Source: a virus. Taken from it: DNA of 48,924 nucleotides. A model generated the notes under the pieces. That model saw nothing but the letters and a program-made list of their open reading frames with translations. It was not told the origin of the DNA and searched no databases. A program made the position numbers and the translations under genes. Every line of letters starts with the position of its first letter. Position 1 is the first letter of the stretch. The stretch lies in the IMG/VR virus record IMGVR_UViG_3300045988_100566; one strand, given 5' to 3'. Positions 42,914 to 48,924 of the stretch are shown one piece after another.

Positions 42914-42942
42914 ATTATAACATATAACTCTATATTTGTAAA
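42914..42942 (-). promoter_or_regulatory. Class-I promoter P9 (inside the late region)
   Basis: AAAAAAACTATTTACA-17 nt-TATAAT. -35 at 42937..42942, -10 at 42914..42919. Confidence 0.75.
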
Positions 42943-42958
42943 TAGTTTTTTTATTTTT

Positions 42959-43906
42959 TTATTTATTTTTATACCCTAACTTCTTAGCAAATTTGTCAAT
43001 ATTTGGATATGTACCATTAGGACTATTGTACCAATTAGCAATATCATCAACCATTGTTTTACTCACTGCTGGCTCTATTGTACACATTCCATTCGGATGG
43101 TCTAATGGCAGTTCATCTTTCTTAAACCTTTTCCCATCTCTTGCTTTGCATATATCACAAACTCTGCTACCATTACTTCTCCATATATACTCTGTTATAA
43201 ACGGATTGTCTTTCGTAGTTTCTGTAAAACTTTGCTGATAACCATGCTGAACCAAAGTTCTTGCTAATCTTTGTGAACTATAATCAACCTGTCTAGGATA
43301 TATTTTTCTTCCATCTTTGTCTGTAAGATTCCATGGTTTCTTTGCGCTTGGCCTAACTACTTTTTCAATATCTTTAGCTATTTCATATATACTTTGATTC
43401 TTTGCTACACCACCAGCTACAATTTCATATAAGTGACTTAATGTAACTTCATTGTCACCCCATATAGCTTTACTAAGACTCCATCCTGAATCATATATTT
43501 GACCTGTAACAAGCTTTCTTACTATGGTATCTGGTACATTATCGAACAGAGCATTAAAACCTTTATCACCAAAGTAAAAACCAAGGCTTTTTAACCATTC
43601 CTTATCTGATTCTATCACAGAACTTGCTACTTTGTAAATATTTTCTTTTATTTTGTTATATACTTCATTCGATACTTTTTGACTTGTGGCTTTCAGCATC
43701 TTTTCAAGTTCTTTCATTTGTTTTTCTGATACTACAGAACTTGGCGTTGTTTTGTGCTTAAACATTTCTGCTTTAGCTTTTATCTCATCCGCCCATTTTT
43801 CATATAACTTTGCTATTTCTTTCTTTTGAGATGCAGTAATGGCATCCCTTGCTTTTTCAGCATCTTTCATTTTAAGCTTGTTTTGATACTTTATCTTATT
43901 TGCCAT
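42959..43906 (-). CDS. Head morphogenesis protein (SPP1 gp7 / Mu F-like)
   Basis: C-terminal WRSNGSRVCDICKARDGKRF...LPLDHPNGMCTIEP is the Mu F motif. Confidence 0.75.
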   Translation of the reverse strand: MANKIKYQNKLKMKDAEKARDAITASQKKEIAKLYEKWADEIKAKAEMFKHKTTPSSVVSEKQMKELEKMLKATSQKVSNEVYNKIKENIYKVASSVIESDKEWLKSLGFYFGDKGFNALFDNVPDTIVRKLVTGQIYDSGWSLSKAIWGDNEVTLSHLYEIVAGGVAKNQSIYEIAKDIEKVVRPSAKKPWNLTDKDGRKIYPRQVDYSSQRLARTLVQHGYQQSFTETTKDNPFITEYIWRSNGSRVCDICKARDGKRFKKDELPLDHPNGMCTIEPAVSKTMVDDIANWYNSPNGTYPNIDKFAKKLGYKNK

Positions 43907-44021
43907 TATTACATCTACCTTTCAGAGTTCACTAGATGCTTCTAGGATTGATTTTAATATTTTGCTATATATTTATAGGGGCTTAATATATTAAATCAAT
44001 CCTAGGGCATTCTGATGATTT
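43907..44021 (-). promoter_or_regulatory. Class-II structured intergenic element, copy B
   Basis: About 30-nt imperfect inverted arms (43930-43960 and 43987-44016) around a 26-nt loop. Contains ATATTAAAATCAATCCTAG and its inverted copy. Confidence 0.55.
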
Positions 44022-44456
44022 CTACGATACTATCTTCCAACCATCTGGATACGTTTCATAATCCCATACACAATTATCTTTTATACATTCATATTTCTTT
44101 CCTTTGAATGTAACTTTATCACCTGTATTATAAGCATCATGAGCACCCAAGGGTTGCTTATATTCTGGATATTCTTCGGGTTCAAGAGCGGGGTCTGTTG
44201 GCTTACCTGTTTCTAATTTACCTACTTTACCTATACTTTCTTCTAGCTTACTTATCTTTTTAAAAGCTTCTTCAATTTGCTTCTCTAAGGGAGCATATGA
44301 ATTTTCAGGTTTTGCTTTTTCCTGAGCAGACCTTATAAGACTGTCTTTTTCATTTTCAGTTATTTCTGATTGAAGCCATAAAATATTAATCTTATGAATA
44401 ATGTCTGCTAACTCAAAGTTACCTGAATTGATTATACCAGCAATAATATCGAACAT
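44022..44456 (-). CDS. Hypothetical protein with C-terminal CBM5/12-like carbohydrate-binding motif
   Basis: AYNTGDKVTFKGKKYECIKDNCVWDYETYPDGW resembles AYxxGDxVxYxGxxYxC....W.P....W. Confidence 0.5.
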   Translation of the reverse strand: MFDIIAGIINSGNFELADIIHKINILWLQSEITENEKDSLIRSAQEKAKPENSYAPLEKQIEEAFKKISKLEESIGKVGKLETGKPTDPALEPEEYPEYKQPLGAHDAYNTGDKVTFKGKKYECIKDNCVWDYETYPDGWKIVS

Positions 44457-44470
44457 TTTTTTATCACCTC

Positions 44471-46537
44471 TTAACTTTTAATCAACTGTTTTGCCAGTGC
44501 CACAAACTTTGAATCAATATACTTCTTTGTATCAGTTATGTATTTTACTTTTGTTGTTATGCCTGCATTATTTATAATCGTTGTAGTGGGTTCATTCGTA
44601 TGCAGTGCCTTGAATGCTGCAATTTCTTCTGGCGTGAGCAGAGTTTCTACCGGTTGTTTTAATGGGTATATGATGTCGAACGGATTTTCTTTAAGATAGT
44701 TATTTACAGCTTCAACTGTCTGTTCCTGAACTAATTTTTTTGGAAAACCAAACACTATATATCCATTATTGAGAATATATGTCATTTCAGAACCATTTAA
44801 ACTGGTACTTTCACCTCTAAAAATATTTTTATTGCACAAAATTCCAATTTGTCTATTTTTTAGCTTATCTACCAGGTTTTCATATTCGCATCCGAAATAA
44901 TCTGGATTTAACTGCCTTTTATTATTTATCGAAACAACATAAGATATTTTGTGTTTTTCAACTCTCTGTACCCTTACGCATTTACCATCTTTCCTGTACT
45001 CAATAGTATCTGCTATCCATTTCTGGCCTGTGCTGTCTATGTAGGTATAGTCATTACCAGATACTGGGATTCCAGATAGACCATTTGGAGTTGTGAGGAT
45101 AATGGTCTGAGGCTGTTTATAAGACTCAAAAGGAAGAGCAGATGAACCTACATTGAGCATAGGATAAATCGTATCGTTATATGTTTGTCCTACTACTTGA
45201 TTGGGATTTCTAACACCAGTTACTTTAATATTGGAATCAATAGTAAAAGTGTTTCGTAACAAGCTTTTGTTAGAAAACAATATACAATCTTTTATAGTAT
45301 ATGTTCCTTGCTTGAGTGTGAATAAAACTTTTTCTTGTAAATTGGGATCGACAGAATAGCCACCCAAAAACCAAACATTGCCATTATCCCCCGTTGCTGT
45401 TCCGGTCGCTATATAGCTTCCATCTGGATTCTTAGTATAAGTGACCCCTTCTCCTGTTCCAGATTTTCCTTTACTTAAATCAAGTAAATTCCCACCTAAC
45501 ACATCTATCTTAATCTGTCCGCTCTGCCCTGCCGATACAATTTCTACTGGCGTTTCTGGTGAAGGTGTTCCTGACTGGGTGGATTTACCATACATGAAAA
45601 ACTCATCAAAAGCATAATCTACGGAGTCTTGAATCAAATGCGTTTCTTCTTTACTTTCTGACTTTATTGCTAACTTATCAACAATACTGTCAACACTTTG
45701 TGCTGCATAATCTGCTGATTGTTTTGCACTTTCTTCTGACTTCTTTGCTTCCATTTCTGAAACTTTTGCATTTGTTTCAGATAACTTGGTGGCTTCTACT
45801 GATTTTTCTGCATTTGTTTCACTTTGCTTCGCATTTACTTCTGATTGTTTTGAAGCATTTTCACTTCTTTTTGCATTTGCTTCAGAAGATGCTGCATTCG
45901 TAGCACTTCGACTCGCAGCTTGCGCTGAATTGCTTGTTGACACCGAATCCTGCTTTACTTGTTCCGCTAACTTTGTAAACTCTTCTGAATGGTCATATCT
46001 TAAACTCTCTAACCATTCCTGTTCTTTACCTACAAAGCCATTTTCAACAGCTAACTCATAAGCTGATTTACCATCTTTCCCATCAGCTCCATCTTTCCCA
46101 TCAAACTTACCTGCATCAGCATCATCTCTTACTGACTGGGCTATCTTATTTGCTTCATCAATCTGCTTAATAAGTTTTGCATACAAGTCTTCAGGTGGCT
46201 GTATAGGTGGCTGTCCTTGTGGATTATAACCGCTTTTCACAAGTTTCAATGTTGCAGGTATTGTTGTGTTTCTTTTGCTTCCATCCTTTACACCAAACAA
46301 ACTTACATTCCAGATTCCTTCTTCCATATCAGGTGGAATCATACCAGCGTTGTTTTTGTCCAACAAAATATTTACCGTCTTATCTGCTTTTGTGATTTGA
46401 GATGTAAGCGTATATCCTTCCCAGTCAGACGATAAAGCAAATCCAAAAGGGATAGCATTGATACTGTCTGTAGGAATCGTATAATCGCTATCTGACGTAT
46501 AATGTTTTACTTTGTTTTTGTCTACCAGAAATATCAT
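44471..46537 (-). CDS. Fibre-like structural protein (collagen-like GKDG stretch, heptad coiled coil, beta-rich C-terminus) located in the head module
   Basis: Start moved to MIFLVDK (AAAGGAGG 8 nt upstream). GKDGADGKDGKSAYELAVENGFVGKEQEWLESL is a common phage fibre motif. Nine SExNAKx heptads. Confidence 0.65.
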   Translation of the reverse strand: MIFLVDKNKVKHYTSDSDYTIPTDSINAIPFGFALSSDWEGYTLTSQITKADKTVNILLDKNNAGMIPPDMEEGIWNVSLFGVKDGSKRNTTIPATLKLVKSGYNPQGQPPIQPPEDLYAKLIKQIDEANKIAQSVRDDADAGKFDGKDGADGKDGKSAYELAVENGFVGKEQEWLESLRYDHSEEFTKLAEQVKQDSVSTSNSAQAASRSATNAASSEANAKRSENASKQSEVNAKQSETNAEKSVEATKLSETNAKVSEMEAKKSEESAKQSADYAAQSVDSIVDKLAIKSESKEETHLIQDSVDYAFDEFFMYGKSTQSGTPSPETPVEIVSAGQSGQIKIDVLGGNLLDLSKGKSGTGEGVTYTKNPDGSYIATGTATGDNGNVWFLGGYSVDPNLQEKVLFTLKQGTYTIKDCILFSNKSLLRNTFTIDSNIKVTGVRNPNQVVGQTYNDTIYPMLNVGSSALPFESYKQPQTIILTTPNGLSGIPVSGNDYTYIDSTGQKWIADTIEYRKDGKCVRVQRVEKHKISYVVSINNKRQLNPDYFGCEYENLVDKLKNRQIGILCNKNIFRGESTSLNGSEMTYILNNGYIVFGFPKKLVQEQTVEAVNNYLKENPFDIIYPLKQPVETLLTPEEIAAFKALHTNEPTTTIINNAGITTKVKYITDTKKYIDSKFVALAKQLIKS
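45695..45928 (-). repeat. Coding 21-nt (heptad) tandem repeats
   Basis: SEANAKR SENASKQ SEVNAKQ SETNAEK SVEATKL SETNAKV SEMEAKK SEESAKQ. Explains the spurious plus-strand ORFs here. Confidence 0.8.
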
Positions 46538-46659
46538 TTCATTAACCTCCTTTCTGGAATCACCAGAAGCCATTAGGATTGATTGCAATGTTTTGCCTTA
46601 TATTTTTATAGGCGTTATAAACAAAATCAATACTGAGACTTCTGGTAACTTCTGGCATA
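46538..46659 (-). promoter_or_regulatory. Class-II structured intergenic element, copy A
   Basis: Two CCAGAAG arm1 copies (46639-46655), about 70-nt spacer with ACATTGCAATCAATCCTAATGG, arm2 plus the local palindrome CTTCTGG-tgatt-CCAGAA (46552-46569), then AGGAGG. Confidence 0.6.
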
Positions 46660-48195
46660 TTATTCTTCTGGATATGGTAGCGCATCTTCACCCGTAGGTG
46701 GTACTGAGAAACTATCTTCAAGCAACTGCCTTTCCAAAGCAATCTGTTTAAGTTCCTCTTCAACTTCTGCATCAGATAATTGGTGCCATTTCTTCATGTA
46801 TGTCTTGCGGCTCATCACTTTAGAATCAACCTCAGATAAATCCATATTCTTTTCTTCCGTCTCATCTTCAGGTATTGGTATATTCTGCACTACCTTTACT
46901 TCATATGCTACCGGAACCAAAGCATTGTCTGTATATTGTTTAATGCAGTTTGGATAAACCATAGAACCTTCAACGATTATGTCAATTACCTCTCTTATTC
47001 CAGCTCCCCACATTTTCATCTTTTCTTTGCACCTTACAATTAAAGGCCAGTAAATAGCTTTAAGTGCTTTGCCTGATGTAATTGAACCTATCATTGTCTC
47101 AAGATTTATATTTGGCATATCCAACTGCTCATATGATGTCGTTTTAATTCTCTCTAGCGTAGTCTTTAAGCTCTCACTAAAGTTCATACTTGGTTCAAGC
47201 ATACCAACTTGTGGAGAAGAGCTTTCCAAGTTCTGGTCTGACATCAAATCCCAGAAAGAGCCAGCTGATGTTGACAGCTTCTTTGTTGAATTGCTATCCA
47301 TATCAACTGTATATCTTACCGGGTTCATTGACTTTCTTTCTGCATCAATATCAGAGTTAGAAAGCTTTGAGAACCATTTCTCATACTCAAGAATATTATC
47401 AATCTCTGACTCACCAGATTCTTCACCAGATAAACCATCATTTATAAATACTACAGCCGGTATTCTTTTAAGCATTATCTCCTGATAAGCTGTCACTTCT
47501 TCAAGTTCTACACCTGTACCATCATACAGTTTTTCTTCAAGATATACTTTACCGTCATCACTTACTTCATACTTCTTTTTAAACACTTTCTTTTCACTCA
47601 GTGTTACAGATTCTTTAAGTATTTCAAAGCATACAAACTTTGTTAGCACCTTTGAACTTCCGGGCTTTGTTTCGCATATGAACTGTGTGCTTGGAAGAAA
47701 TGTGATTGTCACTCCATCTTCTTCATTGAAATTTACCAGTGCTGCTACTCTTTTACCAATAAAGCAATCCTTTGCACCTTTAAGCAGACTGTCTCCGAAG
47801 TTATTCTTATCTAAGATTGTTTTTACCAGCTCATCTAAGTTTGATATATTTTTCTTTGCCTCATCTGTTGCTTTGCCTACATCACCTTTTGATTCAATAA
47901 TGATATCTGGTGTTTCAGCAAATAAGAACCTTGCCTCTTTATCAATCAATGAAGCAGAGAGTTTATACCTTAAAGTTGCAGGTACATAATCTCCATTGGA
48001 ACCTTCTGGTATAAACCTAACACCTTTTCTGTATGCATCATAATACTTACATATCTCAGTAAGTTCCGTCAAAGTCTCACTTGATGAACCTTCAATCTCT
48101 TCACTAATAAGACTATATGGAATTTTATTGAAAGCTGTATAAACTTCTGTAGACTGTCTTTCTTGTTGTGCCATATTCTCTGCTTCAGTCAACAT
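46660..48195 (-). CDS. Portal protein (SPP1 gp6-like)
   Basis: 511 aa, acidic C-terminus. TAAGGAGGAAAG RBS. Lies in the head module, with the lysis cassette (endolysin gene) immediately upstream of it. Confidence 0.75.
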   Translation of the reverse strand: MLTEAENMAQQERQSTEVYTAFNKIPYSLISEEIEGSSSETLTELTEICKYYDAYRKGVRFIPEGSNGDYVPATLRYKLSASLIDKEARFLFAETPDIIIESKGDVGKATDEAKKNISNLDELVKTILDKNNFGDSLLKGAKDCFIGKRVAALVNFNEEDGVTITFLPSTQFICETKPGSSKVLTKFVCFEILKESVTLSEKKVFKKKYEVSDDGKVYLEEKLYDGTGVELEEVTAYQEIMLKRIPAVVFINDGLSGEESGESEIDNILEYEKWFSKLSNSDIDAERKSMNPVRYTVDMDSNSTKKLSTSAGSFWDLMSDQNLESSSPQVGMLEPSMNFSESLKTTLERIKTTSYEQLDMPNINLETMIGSITSGKALKAIYWPLIVRCKEKMKMWGAGIREVIDIIVEGSMVYPNCIKQYTDNALVPVAYEVKVVQNIPIPEDETEEKNMDLSEVDSKVMSRKTYMKKWHQLSDAEVEEELKQIALERQLLEDSFSVPPTGEDALPYPEE

Positions 48196-48207
48196 TTGCT
48201 TTCCTCC

Positions 48208-48924
48208 TTAAATTAAAATTACCTCACCATCTGGTTTTATTCTGTCTGATGTCAACATCCATCCTTCATAGTCAAAGCAGTAGTATTTACCATCAATCAT
48301 ACGCAACTCATTGTGTGCATAAGTATAACCTTCTAACATATACCACCACTTAGAATCTTGCAATACCCATCCTTCGAGGTATTTACCAAATATCCATCCG
48401 TCAGCCGTCTCGAACCAAGGAGCACCTTTGTAAAAGCACTTCCGGATTGGCTGTATTTGCTGACCTTCACGATATCGCTTACCTGTGTCAACTCCATCTG
48501 GGCTCTTCCGGATGATAAGCGAAGATGCTAGTACCTTAAGACCATGCATACCACTCTTAACCTCTTTAAGCTCCGTGACAACTGTTAACGGATTGACTTC
48601 CGCTTGCCATGTCTTTTTGAAGTTCTCAAAGGTACCATACTGCTGCTTTAGAATACCAGTACCACTACCCCAATCTGGTAAATACAAGTGCGGCTTGTCC
48701 ACGATGCTCTTCCAGTCTCCTCCCCAGGCAAGTCCTAAGCCTTTTGCTATCGTTGCCACCTTTTTGAAGTGACCTTTGCTGTCATTATACGCATCATCTG
48801 ACGTGCTGCCATCTCCATCAATGTCCATCTTAAGATAAAAATCAAAGGCAATCCCCCACTGATGCTGACTGCTATAGCTACTGCCTTTGGCATTGGTTAC
48901 AATGTTGCCAGGCTTGGTACGTCC
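48208..48924 (-). CDS. Endolysin, C-terminal segment (end of M15 domain, SH3b, CW_binding repeats); 48870..48924 duplicates 1..55
   Basis: SQHQWGIAFD and DKPH metal ligands. SH3b-like LKVLASSLIIRKSPD...GWIFGKYL. CW_binding_1-like GWVLQDSKWWYMLEG and IDGKYYCFDYEGWML. Confidence 0.85.
   Translation of the reverse strand, partial: GRTKPGNIVTNAKGSSYSSQHQWGIAFDFYLKMDIDGDGSTSDDAYNDSKGHFKKVATIAKGLGLAWGGDWKSIVDKPHLYLPDWGSGTGILKQQYGTFENFKKTWQAEVNPLTVVTELKEVKSGMHGLKVLASSLIIRKSPDGVDTGKRYREGQQIQPIRKCFYKGAPWFETADGWIFGKYLEGWVLQDSKWWYMLEGYTYAHNELRMIDGKYYCFDYEGWMLTSDRIKPDGEVILI
48870..48924. repeat. Terminal 55-nt direct repeat, copy 2
   Basis: Identical to 1..55. Confidence 0.9.

Noticed and set aside
2154-46588. 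Several 5' extensions of track ORFs: 786..2174, 3546..4370, 6852..7229, 7311..7961, 8425..8739, 14369..14815, 14728..15207, 19426..20169, 22758..23240, 23110..23952, 32098..33237, 37637..38041, 42019..42297 and 44471..46588.
   Set aside because: The extensions run through the RBS, a promoter, a terminator or the upstream gene. Internal starts with AGGAGG-type RBS and ATGA/TAATG coupling fit better.
7894-46772. Same-strand alternative-frame ORFs nested in larger genes: 7894..8082, 10884..11156, 11226..11414, 23280..23468, 23514..23792, 40758..41006 and 46560..46772.
   Set aside because: They overlap better-supported frames or regulatory elements, have no RBS, and have implausible basic or low-complexity products.
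1147-48772. All plus-strand ORFs in the track. Examples are 38989..39471 (160 aa), 40844..41299 (151 aa), 19808..20257 (149 aa), 32786..33232 (148 aa) and 47069..47485 (138 aa).
   Set aside because: Each lies entirely antisense to a minus-strand gene with clear motifs. They translate to low-complexity Ser/Leu/Phe-rich strings, lack AGGAGG-type RBS, and would break the otherwise uniform one-strand gene organisation.
48208-48828. ATG at 48828 as the true endolysin start (206-aa ORF in the track).
   Set aside because: The M15 metal motif SQHQWGIAFD and about 80 further residues lie upstream and continue in frame across the junction to an ATG at 199 with a good RBS.
1-48924. A search for integrase, repressor/Cro switch, transposase, CRISPR array, rRNA, toxin-antitoxin pairs or a reverse transcriptase.
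   Set aside because: No ORF showed the corresponding motifs (tyrosine or serine recombinase, DDE, HTH repressor with a divergent promoter, YxDD). No spacer-separated repeats were seen.

Overview
The window is a complete, circularly closed dsDNA phage genome. The first 55 nt are repeated exactly as the last 55 nt, giving a unique length of 48,869 bp, and the endolysin gene reads in frame across that junction. Every credible gene (about 75 CDS and two tRNAs) is on the minus strand. The plus-strand ORFs in the track look like antisense shadows. In the direction of transcription (descending coordinates) the order is as follows. First comes a consensus promoter, a roughly 190-nt leader and a terminator-like hairpin (3346-3114), then tRNA-Gln(UUG), tRNA(CAU) and the small and large terminase. 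Next is an atypically placed lysis cassette: a TM protein, a phi11/LC3-type holin, and an M15 + SH3b + CW_binding endolysin. Then come portal, a fibre-like protein with a CBM-like protein, a Mu-F-like protein, and two promoter-equipped morons (a lipoprotein and small proteins). These are followed by scaffold, decoration, an E-type major capsid, connectors, major tail, G/T chaperones, tape measure, Dit, and baseplate and fibre genes, which is a siphovirus layout. From 26375 down to 3360 lies a long early/middle region. It encodes a DnaG-type primase, gp32-like SSB, DnaE-type polymerase, RecA, Cas4-like, RuvC-like and Hjc-like nucleases, RNase HI, an AAA+ ATPase and nucleotide metabolism genes. 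I saw no integrase, repressor, CRISPR, rRNA or transposon. The phage therefore looks virulent, with a low-GC Gram-positive (Clostridia-like) host. The most interesting points are these. (i) Genes 19426-23117 combine a ThyA-fold enzyme carrying the Asn-to-Asp pyrimidine-specificity switch, a GT-B-like glycosyltransferase, a radical-SAM enzyme with a Cys-rich tail, a dNMP-kinase-like protein and a MazG-like protein. Together these form a candidate, possibly new, DNA hypermodification pathway, and a degenerate ThyX-fold protein sits elsewhere in the genome. (ii) There are two families of repeated intergenic elements: nine near-identical sigma-A-type promoters, and five copies of a structured element with covarying alternative helices. 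(iii) Several expression anomalies stand out: a primase whose zinc finger lies upstream of any canonical start codon, a T chaperone frame at +1 rather than -1, and a lambda PR'/tR'-like leader ahead of the late genes. All protein family calls come from recognising motifs by eye, not from database searches.
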